Assembly: GCA_963931635.1 (NCBI GenBank)
Contig: OZ007034.1
Span: 2,437,883-2,501,882 of the forward strand
Direction of reading: 5' to 3'
Length of the DNA stretch: 64,000 bases
Source: an uncultured Bacteroides sp.
Lineage (GTDB): Bacteria > Bacteroidota > Bacteroidia > Bacteroidales > UBA11471
Position 1 is the first letter of the stretch, and each line of letters begins with the position of its first letter. The notes beneath the pieces are model-generated. The model was not told where the DNA came from, searched no databases, and worked only from the letters and a program-made list of their open reading frames with translations. Of the stretch, positions 8,588 through 18,064 are shown piece after piece. A program made the translations under genes and the position numbers.

Positions 8588-9067
8588 TCATTGGAGCGCC
8601 CGTACCATAATATATTCGTCATCGTTCTCCCGATGAATGTGAAAACCAATGCGACGATACAAGGTAACGGCGGGATTTCCTTTATTTACCGATAGCGAAA
8701 CCGACGTTATACCCGACTCCTGTAATGTTCTTAATATCTCTATCAGCAATCGGCTCCCTATGCCTTTATTGCGGTAGACCGAATATATTGCTATTGAAAG
8801 TTCCGGATTATGCTCGTCGATATGGCCATAACCCCTCAGATACCTTACCCATACAGCTCCTATCACCCTATTATCGACTTCGGCCACCAATGCTAAATCG
8901 CCCCTTCGTTTTCCAAAATTTTTCACGTAACGCCACAGCGAAGGGCGCTGTATGACGGTGCTGGGTAAAGTCGGCCACTCGGGTGGCTTATATATTGCCT
9001 CATATAAAAAATCGCACAGAAGAGGAATTTCTTCTGTGCGTATATTTCTTATTTTTACAGAATCCAT
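8588..9067 (-). CDS. GNAT family N-acetyltransferase
   Basis: 159 aa with an acetyl-CoA binding motif (RNKGIGSRLL) and a GNAT-like beta-alpha pattern. Confidence 0.85.
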   Translation of the reverse strand: MDSVKIRNIRTEEIPLLCDFLYEAIYKPPEWPTLPSTVIQRPSLWRYVKNFGKRRGDLALVAEVDNRVIGAVWVRYLRGYGHIDEHNPELSIAIYSVYRNKGIGSRLLIEILRTLQESGITSVSLSVNKGNPAVTLYRRIGFHIHRENDDEYIMVRALQ

Positions 9068-9086
9068 AATTAAGGGAAAATATGAC

Positions 9087-9911
9087 CTATTTAAATCCCG
9101 GCACGGGGAAATGCATTCCGGCCATTGTCAGATGATGCGTGCGTGCATAATCGATGTAATAGCGTCGGGCGCTTATGGCAGCATCTTTGTCCATATCGTA
9201 TGTGGCACATATTTCGGGGTGATGCAGTTGCAAGTCTACACCGTGCATGATGTCGCCCACTATCAGGAAATCGCCCATGCGATAAACCGTGTGTCCGGGG
9301 GTATGACCTGTCGCTTTCATGGCAATAACCCCGCCGGGAAGCGTATCGTTAAACGCGAAGAGATGCAACCGGTCTTGGTAAGCATTCATGGTTTTCACGA
9401 CCAAATCGTTTTCCCCTGCCATCTGTTGCCATGCCGCGTATTCCTCTTGTGCAGCGTATATCTGAGCATTTGGAAACACGACGGTATCGCCCCGCATCAA
9501 CCCTCCGATGTGGTCACCGTGAAAGTGTGTCAGGTAGATATATTCGTCCTCTTCGGGCGTAACGCCGTGCGCTTTTAAGCACGGTAGCAGTTGACTGTCG
9601 GGAAGTCCATTCCCAGTATCGAAGAGTATGGAGCAGGTGTCGGTTTGAGCCCAGAAGACACTGATGGAGGCCGGTACTCCCTCGCTCAGGTTCAGTGCGG
9701 TAAAGAGACTGTCACTGGCATCGGGAAACAGTGTCCGAGGCATCACCCGAGGCTTGGCATTGTCTTGTATGGCAGTTACCGTGACAGGGCCGAGTGTGAG
9801 TGTATTGCCTGATATTCCCTCTTCGGGAGATTTTTGAGACGACGTCGGGTGGCAAGCCGATATCGCAATGCTGCACAAGGCCAATAACGTAAAAAGAGAG
9901 ATGGTTTTCAT
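9087..9911 (-). CDS. MBL-fold metallo-hydrolase, lipoprotein
   Basis: HxHxDH motif (THFHGDHIGG). Signal peptide with lipobox-like ISAC. Confidence 0.85.
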   Translation of the reverse strand: MKTISLFTLLALCSIAISACHPTSSQKSPEEGISGNTLTLGPVTVTAIQDNAKPRVMPRTLFPDASDSLFTALNLSEGVPASISVFWAQTDTCSILFDTGNGLPDSQLLPCLKAHGVTPEEDEYIYLTHFHGDHIGGLMRGDTVVFPNAQIYAAQEEYAAWQQMAGENDLVVKTMNAYQDRLHLFAFNDTLPGGVIAMKATGHTPGHTVYRMGDFLIVGDIMHGVDLQLHHPEICATYDMDKDAAISARRYYIDYARTHHLTMAGMHFPVPGFK

Positions 9912-9964
9912 AACAACGGATTGTTTTTTAACGGCTACAAGTTAAGAAAAAAACAACGGATTGT
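9912..9964. repeat. 13-nt direct repeat AACAACGGATTGT x2 (40-bp period) upstream of the MBL lipoprotein gene
   Basis: Identical copies at 9912-9924 and 9952-9964. Confidence 0.6.
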
Positions 9965-10072
9965 CAAAATCCGACGACAAAAAGAGGCGGTCGAGACTCA
10001 TTCAGCCGGTGCCATTCGCGCCGTACCGCTAAAAAACCCCGCTCTTCCGTTTCGTATTGCGTTAAATTCTCT

Positions 10073-10080
10073 TACCTTTG
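10073..10080 (+). promoter_or_regulatory. -7 promoter box (TAnnTTTG) for pyrK-pyrD
   Basis: TACCTTTG within TTACCTTTGCC, 26 nt upstream of the pyrK ATG. The same extended word recurs at 22834 and 43035. Confidence 0.5.
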
Positions 10081-10105
10081 CCGATGTAACAGAGATTGAA
10101 GAATC

Positions 10106-10885
10106 ATGAAAAAATATGTATTGGATTTGCGGGTAACCGAGAACGAGGCTTTGCACAGCCATTACGTGCTGATAAAGGCCACAACGCCCGATGGAACCCC
10201 GCTTCCCGAGATGTGTCCCGGACAATTTGCCGAGTTGCGTGTTGATGGCTCTGCCACCACATTCCTGCGTCGGCCCATATCCATTAACTTCGTCGATACA
10301 GAGAAGAACGAAGTCTGGTTTCTGATACAACTTGTCGGCGACGGTACGCGGCGTCTGGCCACCCTGGGGTGCGGCGATACGCTGAATGTCGTACTTCCGC
10401 TGGGAAATGGTTTCTCTCTGCCTCAAACAGAAGAAAAGGTGCTGTTGATAGGCGGTGGTGTAGGTACGGCTCCCATGCTCTATCTGGGAGCCCGGTTGAA
10501 GGCCCTCGGTGTGAAGCCGCATTTCCTGCTGGGAGCCCGTTCGGCGCAAGATCTGTTGCAGAGAGAGCAGTTTGAGAGTCTGGGCACTGTCGACATAACG
10601 ACCGAAGACGGTTCTTGCGGAGAAAAAGGGTATGTAACTCAACATAGCCTGTTGCAACGGGAACATTTTGACCGCATCTACACCTGTGGTCCCAAACCCA
10701 TGATGGTGGCAGTGGCTCGCTACGCCAAGGAACAGAACATTACATGTGAGGTATCGCTCGAAAACACAATGGCATGCGGTGTAGGTGCCTGCCTGTGCTG
10801 TGTCGAAAATACGGTCGAAGGTCATCTGTGTGTGTGCAAGGAAGGACCGGTCTTTAATATAGAGAAATTATTATGGCTGATTTAA
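10106..10885 (+). CDS. pyrK: Dihydroorotate dehydrogenase B electron-transfer subunit
   Basis: Ferredoxin-reductase-type FAD/NAD fold ([17 protein letters not shown]) and a C-terminal 2Fe-2S Cys cluster (CGVGACLCC...C). It overlaps pyrD by 13 nt. Confidence 0.9.
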   Translation: MKKYVLDLRVTENEALHSHYVLIKATTPDGTPLPEMCPGQFAELRVDGSATTFLRRPISINFVDTEKNEVWFLIQLVGDGTRRLATLGCGDTLNVVLPLGNGFSLPQTEEKVLLIGGGVGTAPMLYLGARLKALGVKPHFLLGARSAQDLLQREQFESLGTVDITTEDGSCGEKGYVTQHSLLQREHFDRIYTCGPKPMMVAVARYAKEQNITCEVSLENTMACGVGACLCCVENTVEGHLCVCKEGPVFNIEKLLWLI

Positions 10886-11784
10886 GTGTAAATATAGGAA
10901 AGCTGTCGTTGAAGAATCCGGTAATGACAGCGTCGGGAACATTCGGATATGGATTGGAGTTTGCCGACTTTATCGACTTGTCGCGGCTGGGAGGTATCAT
11001 CGTCAAGGGTACCACGTTGAAACCTCGCGAAGGAAATCCCTACCCACGCATGGCCGAGACGCCGTCGGGCATGATCAATGCCGTGGGTTTGCAGAATAAA
11101 GGCGTCGACTACTTCATTGAGCATATCTATCCGCAAATAAAAGATTTGGGAGCACCTATTTTGGTAAACGTATCCGGTTCGACCATCGACGATTATGCCG
11201 AGACCGCCCGTCGGTTGGCCTCGTTGGAACGCGTGCCCGCCATCGAACTGAACATCTCTTGCCCGAATGTCAAAGAGGGTGGAATGGCTTTCGGTACCAG
11301 TTGCCAAAGTGCTGCTTCGGTTGTGAAAGCCGTGCGTGCCGCCTATCCCCACACGCTCATTGTAAAACTCTCACCCAACGTAACCGATATCACCGAGATT
11401 GCCCGTGCCGTCGAGGCCGAAGGAGCCGATGCCGTGTCGCTTATCAATACGATGCTGGGCATGGCCATTGATGCCGAGAAGCAACGTCCGGTCATCTCGA
11501 CCGTTACCGGAGGATTGTCGGGCCCCTGTGTCAAGCCTATCGCTTTGCGCATGGTGTGGCAGGTATTCCATGCCGTACAAATTCCCATCGTAGGGTTGGG
11601 TGGTATCATGAATGCCACCGATGCCGTAGAGTTCCTTTTGGCAGGAGCCCGGGCCATAGAAATCGGTACGGCCAATTTCATCGACCCCGAAGTTACGGTA
11701 AAGGTTATTGACGGTATAGACAATTATCTCGAACGCCACGGCTGCCGGTCGGTCAATGAGATTATCGGAGCCTTGAAAGTATAA
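10873..11784 (+). CDS. pyrD: Dihydroorotate dehydrogenase B catalytic subunit (class 1B)
   Basis: 303 aa with a typical DHOD class 1 sequence ([26 protein letters not shown]). Confidence 0.93.
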   Translation: MADLSVNIGKLSLKNPVMTASGTFGYGLEFADFIDLSRLGGIIVKGTTLKPREGNPYPRMAETPSGMINAVGLQNKGVDYFIEHIYPQIKDLGAPILVNVSGSTIDDYAETARRLASLERVPAIELNISCPNVKEGGMAFGTSCQSAASVVKAVRAAYPHTLIVKLSPNVTDITEIARAVEAEGADAVSLINTMLGMAIDAEKQRPVISTVTGGLSGPCVKPIALRMVWQVFHAVQIPIVGLGGIMNATDAVEFLLAGARAIEIGTANFIDPEVTVKVIDGIDNYLERHGCRSVNEIIGALKV

Positions 11785-11803
11785 AGAAGCCTTTTTATAA
11801 GAG

Positions 11804-11841
11804 AAAATGGGAGAAAATCACTCGGTTTTCTCCCATTTTTT
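11804..11841. terminator. Bidirectional terminator between pyrD and the convergent aldo/keto reductase gene
   Basis: 14-bp stem AAAATGGGAGAAAA / TTTTCTCCCATTTT with an 8-nt loop and A/T runs on both sides. Confidence 0.8.
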
Positions 11842-11870
11842 GATATTGTAACAGAATGAATATAAGAAAT

Positions 11871-12872
11871 TTATTGATTTAATACGGTACCAATTTCCTG
11901 CAACTCTTCCTCGCTGAAAACGGTATTTTCCTGGGCGCGAAGGTTGTCTTTCAACTGTTCAACCGAACTGGCTCCAATCAATACCGACGTAACCCGATTG
12001 TCGCGCAGCAGCCAAGCCAATGCCATTTCGGCCAGTGACTGACCGCGTTGCCGGGCTATCTCGTTCAGACGGGCAATCTGAGCCACTCTTTCGGGGGTAA
12101 CAACTTCCCGTTTGAGGTGTCCCGTAGGGCGGGCCGCACGGGAGTTTTCGGGGATACCATGCAGATAACGGTCGGTCAGGAGTCCCTGAGCCAGGGGTGA
12201 GAAGGCAATCAAACCCACGCCTTCTTCGTGTAATAAAGACAACAGCTCGGGCTCGACCCAACGGTCGAACATCGAGTATCGGGCCTGATGTATGAGGCAT
12301 GGCGTGTGGTTCTCGCGCAGAATGGCGATGGTCCGACGTGTCTGCTCGGGCTTGTAGTTGGAGATTCCCACATAGAGTGCTTTGCCCTGTCTCACTATGT
12401 CGGAGAGAGCTTCCATCGTCTCTTCGATGGGAGTTTCGGGATCGGGACGATGCGAGTAGAAGATGTCGACATAGTCGAGGCCCATGCGTTTGAGACTCTG
12501 GTCGAGGCTGGCCATGAGATATTTGCGACTGCCCCAGTTGCCATAGGGGCCGGGCCACATATCATATCCGGCCTTGGTCGATATAATCAGTTCGTCGCGG
12601 TATGCTCCCAACGATTGTTTCAAGATGCGCCCGAAATTGGTCTCGGCCGAACCGTACACCGGCCCGTAGTTGTTGGCCAGGTCGAAGTGGGTAATGCCGT
12701 TGTCGAAAGCCGTCAGCGCAATGCGGCTGTATGTCGCATAATCGTCTACGCTGCCGAAGTTGTGCCACAAGCCGAGCGACAGCGCCGGCAGCAATAATCC
12801 GCTGCGTCCGCAACGGCGATAATTCATGGTATCGTAGCGATGTGCATCGGCTACATATTTTTCTTCTGCCAT
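11871..12872 (-). CDS. Aldo/keto reductase (YghZ / Kv-beta-like)
   Basis: ORF 11871..13061 trimmed to the ATG at 12872 (MAEEKYVADAHRYDTMNYRRCGRSGLLLPALSLGLWHNFG). The longer form would overlap htpG and its terminator. Confidence 0.85.
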   Translation of the reverse strand: MAEEKYVADAHRYDTMNYRRCGRSGLLLPALSLGLWHNFGSVDDYATYSRIALTAFDNGITHFDLANNYGPVYGSAETNFGRILKQSLGAYRDELIISTKAGYDMWPGPYGNWGSRKYLMASLDQSLKRMGLDYVDIFYSHRPDPETPIEETMEALSDIVRQGKALYVGISNYKPEQTRRTIAILRENHTPCLIHQARYSMFDRWVEPELLSLLHEEGVGLIAFSPLAQGLLTDRYLHGIPENSRAARPTGHLKREVVTPERVAQIARLNEIARQRGQSLAEMALAWLLRDNRVTSVLIGASSVEQLKDNLRAQENTVFSEEELQEIGTVLNQ

Positions 12873-12891
12873 ATCTTTATTCTCTTTTCCA

Positions 12892-12899
12892 CAAATATA
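12892..12899 (-). promoter_or_regulatory. -7 promoter box (TAnnTTTG) for the aldo/keto reductase gene
   Basis: Minus-strand TATATTTG, 20 nt upstream of the ATG at 12872. Confidence 0.45.
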
Positions 12900-12989
12900 C
12901 GACGAGTTTTTCACATCTATTCTACCTTCTCGATTTTTAATGCCAGAATCTATATTAGATCTGTTTTTTATCAGAAATAGAATAGAATA

Positions 12990-13021
12990 AAAAAGCCCGC
13001 TTGAAAAAGCGGGCTTTTTTA
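12990..13021 (-). terminator. Rho-independent terminator of htpG
   Basis: AAAAAGCCCGC ttgaaaa GCGGGCTTTTTT, 12 nt after the htpG stop. Confidence 0.8.
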
Positions 13022-13032
13022 AAAGGTAATCT

Positions 13033-15090
13033 TTAAAGCAATTCGACCGAACGTTTGACAAAACGGCTTAGAGCTTCGCCTTTCAACATATTGTTGGAAA
13101 GGAGTGCCAAGTCGACCAACTGACGTATCAGTTTGTTGTCGGCGGCATAGTTGCTGAGCAATTCGTTTTCCTGACGGCGCAAGGCAGCCACTTCGTCTTC
13201 TTTGGCTTTAAGGGCATCTTTCTCCTCGGCCGGAATCTCATCGCTCTTTTTATCCTTATGGGATTCCTGCCATTCAGATATCTCCTTATTCAAGGAATCG
13301 ATTTGTTCACGCAACGGGTTTATTTCGGCATTGCAAGCGGCCTCGGCTTCGCTCAGTACGCGTTGCGACAGAGGGTGTTGTGTATTGACGATAAGGTTGT
13401 AACTGTCGGGCATTTCTCCGTAGAAGCTCATGCCGGGTTGCATGGCCGACATGTCTTTCATACGACGCATAAACTCATTCTGCGTAATAACGATGGGTTG
13501 TGCTGTCGTGCCTATGGCCTCGAACATGACCATAAATTCGGCTTTTTCTACGGCTGGTATCTGAGACTTGAACAAGGTAGTCATCATATCACGTTGGGCC
13601 GGCGTGAGTGTAACCTCGGGCTTGTCTTCTTTACGTACCAGGTTCTCCACAATATCGCTGTCGACTCTTACGAAACGGCATTTCTCCAATTTCTGTTCAA
13701 GCATACCGATAAAGTGTACATCCAACTGTCCATCCATCATCAATACGCTGTAACCTTTGTTCTTGGCTGCCTCGATATAATTATATTGAGCAACTTTGTC
13801 GGTAGCGTAGATATAGATAAGCATTTTATCTTTATCGGTCTGTTCGGCCTCTATAAGTGCTTTGTATTCATCGAATGTGTAGTATTTGTTGTCGGTGTCT
13901 TTAAACAACGCAAATTTCTGAGCTTTCTCGTAGAACTTGTCGTCGGAAAGCATACCATATTCGATGAAGAGTTTGATGTCGTCCCACTTTTCTTCAAACT
14001 GCTTACGGTCGTTGTTGAAAATCTCTTGCAGACGATCGGCCACCTTTTTCGTGATATAGGTCGATATCTTCTTGACATTGGCATCGCTCTGCAAGTACGA
14101 CCGGGAAACGTTCAGAGGAATGTCGGGCGAGTCGATGACACCTTGCAGCAGCATGAGGAAGTCGGGTACGATGTTTTCGACAGAATCGGTTACGAATACC
14201 TGATTGCAATAAAGTTGTATGCGATTCTTGTTTATGTCGAAATTGGTCCTAATCTTGGGGAAATAGAGAATGCCGGTCAACTTGAAAGGATAGTCTACAT
14301 TGAGATGTATCCAGAAGAGGGGTTCGTCCATGGTCGGGTACAATTCATGGTAGAACTTACGGTAGTCTTCATCGGTGAGGTCGGCCGGTTTCTTGGTCCA
14401 TGCCGGCGTGGTGTCGTTGATGACCTTGTCTTTATCGGTATCGACATATTTGCCGTCTTTCCATTCCTGTTCCTTGCCAAAGACAACAGGTATGGGCAGG
14501 AAACGACAATATTTTTTGAGCAATGTCTCTATTTCGCCGCTTTCGAGGAAATTCTTGTTTTCGTCGTCGATGTAAAGAACAATATCGGTTCCCCGTTCGG
14601 GTTTGTCGATGTTTTCCATCGTGTACTCAGGCGAACCGTCACAACTCCACATCACGGCCGGAGCCCCTTCCTGATAAGAGCGGGTGCGTATTTCAACCTT
14701 TTTAGATACCATGAAGGAGGAGTAGAATCCCAGTCCGAAGTGGCCGATAATGGCATTGGCATCGTTCTTGTATTTTTCAAGAAATTCTTCCGCACCCGAA
14801 AAGGCAATCTGGTTGATGTATTTTTCAATTTCTTCGGCAGTCATACCTATACCGTGGTCCGATACGGTGAGGGTGCCGGCATTCTTATCGACGGCAACAG
14901 ATACCTTCAAATCGCCCAATTCGCCTTTGAAATCGCCCACAGAAGCCAATGTTTTCAGTTTCTGAGTGGCATCTACGGCATTGGAAACCAACTCTCTCAA
15001 AAATATTTCGTGGTCGCTGTATAAAAACTTTTTAATGACGGGGAATATATTATCGGTAGTTACCCCAATCGTTCCTTTTTGCATGGTCAT
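13033..15090 (-). CDS. htpG: Molecular chaperone HtpG (Hsp90)
   Basis: GHKL ATPase N-terminus (FLYSDHEIFLRELVSNAVDA) at full Hsp90 length. The true start may be the second ATG at 15084 (MQKGTIG...). Confidence 0.97.
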   Translation of the reverse strand: MTMQKGTIGVTTDNIFPVIKKFLYSDHEIFLRELVSNAVDATQKLKTLASVGDFKGELGDLKVSVAVDKNAGTLTVSDHGIGMTAEEIEKYINQIAFSGAEEFLEKYKNDANAIIGHFGLGFYSSFMVSKKVEIRTRSYQEGAPAVMWSCDGSPEYTMENIDKPERGTDIVLYIDDENKNFLESGEIETLLKKYCRFLPIPVVFGKEQEWKDGKYVDTDKDKVINDTTPAWTKKPADLTDEDYRKFYHELYPTMDEPLFWIHLNVDYPFKLTGILYFPKIRTNFDINKNRIQLYCNQVFVTDSVENIVPDFLMLLQGVIDSPDIPLNVSRSYLQSDANVKKISTYITKKVADRLQEIFNNDRKQFEEKWDDIKLFIEYGMLSDDKFYEKAQKFALFKDTDNKYYTFDEYKALIEAEQTDKDKMLIYIYATDKVAQYNYIEAAKNKGYSVLMMDGQLDVHFIGMLEQKLEKCRFVRVDSDIVENLVRKEDKPEVTLTPAQRDMMTTLFKSQIPAVEKAEFMVMFEAIGTTAQPIVITQNEFMRRMKDMSAMQPGMSFYGEMPDSYNLIVNTQHPLSQRVLSEAEAACNAEINPLREQIDSLNKEISEWQESHKDKKSDEIPAEEKDALKAKEDEVAALRRQENELLSNYAADNKLIRQLVDLALLSNNMLKGEALSRFVKRSVELL

Positions 15091-15133
15091 GGTTTATATG
15101 TTTTTTGTTGATTTTTCTTTTTCCATCTATAAA

Positions 15134-15149
15134 AACAAAAAAAATGCCA
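15134..15149 (-). promoter_or_regulatory. GGCAT-N5-TTG motif upstream of htpG (shared with clpC and groES)
   Basis: Minus strand TGGCATtttttTTGTT, 43 nt upstream of the htpG ATG. It overlaps the clpC terminator hairpin, so it is ambiguous. Confidence 0.2.
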
Positions 15150-15170
15150 AACCCGAAGGTCTGACATTTT
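15141..15170 (-). terminator. Putative terminator of clpC
   Basis: Minus strand AAAATGTCAGACC ttcg GGTTTGGCATTTT (imperfect stem) followed by a T-run. Confidence 0.5.
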
Positions 15171-15202
15171 GACTTGTTTAGACGGCGTATTGTCAGCCGT
15201 TG

Positions 15203-17761
15203 TTAGTTCTCTAACGATGCGACGACTTTGTTCTGTTCCGGATTATAATCGAGCATAATAGTACCACCTTCACGGTTCTCGCTGCGGAGTATGATTTCGG
15301 CCACTTCGTCTTCAAGATAATTTTGTATGGCCCGTTTCAATGGCCGTGCTCCAAATTGCACATCATATCCTTTCTCGGCGACAAAATTCTTGGCGGCGTC
15401 GGAGAGTTTTACCGTATATCCAAGAGCGGACATACGTTCGAAGAAACCTTTGAGCTCGATGTCGATAATGCGGAATATCGACTCTTTGCTGAGCTGGTCG
15501 AACATTATGATGTCGTCGATACGATTCAAGAATTCAGGTGAAAAGGCTTTGTTCAGCGATTTCTGTATGACCGAACGCGAAATTTCCTTATCACTTACCG
15601 TTCCCGTATCAAATCCGACACCTCGTCCGAAATCTTTGAGCTGGCGGGTACCGATATTTGATGTCATGATGATAATCGTATTCTTGAAATCGACTTTTCG
15701 ACCCAGACTGTCGGTAATGTGGCCTTCGTCCATGATTTGCAACAGCAGGTTGAACACGTCGGGGTGGGCCTTTTCGAGCTCGTCGAGCAGAACGACCGAA
15801 TAGGGTTTGCGGCGCACCTTCTCGGTGAGTTGGCCGCCCTCTTCATAGCCGACATATCCCGGAGGTGCTCCCACCAATCGCGATACGGTGAATTTCTCCA
15901 TATATTCACTCATATCTACCCGTATCAAGGCATCGGACGAATCGAAAAGATACTCGGCCAACTTTTTAGCCAGATGGGTCTTACCCACACCGGTCGGCCC
16001 CAGGAACATGAACGTACCGATGGGACGGTTGGGGTCTTTCAATCCGATACGGTTGCGGCGTATGGCTTTAACGATTTTGTCGACAGCCGTATCTTGTCCG
16101 ATAATGACATTTTTGAGTTCGTTGCCCATGTTGAGAAGTTTCTTGCCTTCCGACTCAGCTACGCGCTGTACGGGAACACCCGACATCAAGGCCACGGTTT
16201 CGGCAATCTCTTCGGCATCGACCGTCTCGCGCTGTTCCTGCGAAGCCTCTTCCCAGCGACGTTTCTCCTCTTCGAGGTCGCTCATCAGCGACTTCTCCCG
16301 GTCTCGGAAATTGGCAGCCAGCTCGAAGTTCTGCGATTTTACGGCTTCGATTTTCTCTTTTCTTGTCTGCTCGATTTCCTCTTCCAGCTCCTCAATGTGC
16401 CGCGGCACGACGATGTGGGCGATATGTACCCGCGAGCCGGCTTCATCGAGGGCATCGATGGCCTTATCGGGGAAGTTTCGGTCGCTTATGTAACGATCGG
16501 TCAATTTTACACAAGCTTCAAGAGCCTCGGGGGTATAGAAGACGTTATGATGCTCTTCGTACCGCTCCTTGATATTTTTCAGTATTTGCAGCGTCTCTTC
16601 GGGAGAAGTGGGAGCCACCATGATTTTCTGGAAGCGGCGTTCGAGAGCACCGTCTTTCTCGATGCTTTTACGATATTCGTCGAGCGTGGTAGCGCCGATG
16701 CACTGTATCTCGCCGCGGGCCAGTGCCGGTTTCAGCATATTGGCCGCATCAAGCGTGCCGGTTGCTCCTCCGGCGCCGACAATGGTATGTATCTCGTCGA
16801 TAAAGAGAATGATTTGCGGATTCTTGGCCAATTCGTTGAGAATAGCCTTGATACGCTCTTCAAACTGTCCGCGGTACTTGGTCCCGGCCACAACGGAGGC
16901 CATATCGAGCGAAACGACTCGTTTGCCAAACAATACTCGTGACACTTTCCGTTGAATGATACGCAGGGCAAGACCCTCTACGATGGCCGATTTTCCCACA
17001 CCGGGTTCTCCGATGAGAACGGGATTGTTTTTTTTGCGCCGACTGAGTATTTGAGCCAGACGTTCAATCTCTTTTTCCCGGCCTACGACAGGGTCGAGAC
17101 GGTTCTCCTCGGCGGCTTTTGTCATATCAAAACCGAAATTATCGAGTACCGGCGTGTTGTTGCCGCTCTCTTTGGTCGACACGGTCGATGTTTTGTTCTC
17201 TTTCTTTCTGGAGAAAGGTCCGCCATTTTCGGCCTCTTCGTCTTCATCGTCAGCAAAGTCGGCACCCATAGTGGGTGTAGCATCAGTTTGCCGGTTTTCA
17301 GGCTCTTCAGAGACGGCAGAGCCCCGTTTTATGTAGTCCGATACATTCTGATAGGTAACCTGACAGGCATTTAACGCTTGACTGGCAATCGATGTAGAAT
17401 CACGCAGGATAGCCAGCAATAGATGCTCGGTATCGGTGGTGTTACTTTTTAACAATCGAGATTCTAGCAGACTCATTTTCAGTATTTTGTCTGTGCTTTT
17501 GGCCACAGCGGTTTCGGGGTGCTGCAAATTGTCGGAGGGAGTATCGTAGGGAGTCGAGAGACGCAACTCTTCAACGGCGGTTTTCAACTGTTCGGGTTGC
17601 ACTCCCAAATGGCACAACGCTTCTACGGCTTTGCCGCTACCGTCTCTCAGTATGCCCAACAACAGGTGTTCGGGTCCGATAAAGGGGGAGCGTAGACGTT
17701 CGGCTTCTTCCCGGCTATATCCCAAGACATTACGCACTCGTTGTGAAAAATTCCTTTCCAT
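15203..17761 (-). CDS. clpC: ATP-dependent Clp protease ATP-binding subunit (ClpC-type double AAA+)
   Basis: Clp_N repeats, two AAA+ modules ([17 protein letters not shown]), and a short UVR-like linker rather than the long ClpB M-domain. Confidence 0.9.
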   Translation of the reverse strand: MERNFSQRVRNVLGYSREEAERLRSPFIGPEHLLLGILRDGSGKAVEALCHLGVQPEQLKTAVEELRLSTPYDTPSDNLQHPETAVAKSTDKILKMSLLESRLLKSNTTDTEHLLLAILRDSTSIASQALNACQVTYQNVSDYIKRGSAVSEEPENRQTDATPTMGADFADDEDEEAENGGPFSRKKENKTSTVSTKESGNNTPVLDNFGFDMTKAAEENRLDPVVGREKEIERLAQILSRRKKNNPVLIGEPGVGKSAIVEGLALRIIQRKVSRVLFGKRVVSLDMASVVAGTKYRGQFEERIKAILNELAKNPQIILFIDEIHTIVGAGGATGTLDAANMLKPALARGEIQCIGATTLDEYRKSIEKDGALERRFQKIMVAPTSPEETLQILKNIKERYEEHHNVFYTPEALEACVKLTDRYISDRNFPDKAIDALDEAGSRVHIAHIVVPRHIEELEEEIEQTRKEKIEAVKSQNFELAANFRDREKSLMSDLEEEKRRWEEASQEQRETVDAEEIAETVALMSGVPVQRVAESEGKKLLNMGNELKNVIIGQDTAVDKIVKAIRRNRIGLKDPNRPIGTFMFLGPTGVGKTHLAKKLAEYLFDSSDALIRVDMSEYMEKFTVSRLVGAPPGYVGYEEGGQLTEKVRRKPYSVVLLDELEKAHPDVFNLLLQIMDEGHITDSLGRKVDFKNTIIIMTSNIGTRQLKDFGRGVGFDTGTVSDKEISRSVIQKSLNKAFSPEFLNRIDDIIMFDQLSKESIFRIIDIELKGFFERMSALGYTVKLSDAAKNFVAEKGYDVQFGARPLKRAIQNYLEDEVAEIILRSENREGGTIMLDYNPEQNKVVASLEN

Positions 17762-17790
17762 AAAAATTGGGTTTTCTTAGTTAGCCGTTG

Positions 17791-17798
17791 CAAATATA
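17791..17798 (-). promoter_or_regulatory. -7 promoter box (TAnnTTTG) for clpC
   Basis: Minus-strand TATATTTG, 30 nt upstream of the clpC ATG. Confidence 0.45.
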
Positions 17799-17844
17799 CA
17801 ACATTCCTCTTGTATATCACAACCTTCTTTATTTATACAAATTG

Positions 17845-17860
17845 CATGCCGAAATAAGAA
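17845..17860 (-). promoter_or_regulatory. GGCAT-N5-TTG motif upstream of clpC
   Basis: Minus strand CGGCATgcaatTTGTA, 83 nt upstream of the clpC ATG. Confidence 0.25.
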
Positions 17861-17933
17861 ATATTGTTTGTCTGTGGTCGATATTCTGCCGTTTTGACAG
17901 CTACATCGATAGTCGGGGCAGAGCATTTGAAAA

Positions 17934-17949
17934 ATCTTGTTAACAAGAT
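17934..17949. promoter_or_regulatory. Perfect 16-bp palindrome ATCTTGTTAACAAGAT (candidate operator)
   Basis: Read directly from the sequence, in the clpC-gyrA divergent intergenic region. Confidence 0.35.
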
Positions 17950-18064
17950 GTCGACCGAGATAGAGAAAAAGTTTTTATGAGTGAAAAATTTTTCTAATCG
18001 GGAAGAATGCCGTATCTTAGTGCTGTTTTTTACATCACTCAAAAACGAAAAAATTTTCTAATAC

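Noticed and set aside
13258-15024. 588-aa ORF antisense to htpG. Similar long antisense ORFs lie opposite groEL (51923..53386, 487 aa), clpC (15719..16942, 407 aa), wza (26302..27534, 410 aa), the SurA-like gene (62611..63810, 399 aa), gyrA (19529..20446) and recQ (54300..55043, 55218..56012).
   Set aside because: Each lies entirely inside a strongly recognisable gene on the other strand. Their translations are low-complexity (rich in V, F, G, R, H) with no recognisable domains. Long stop-free antisense frames are a known by-product of the codon bias of highly expressed genes, chaperones in particular.
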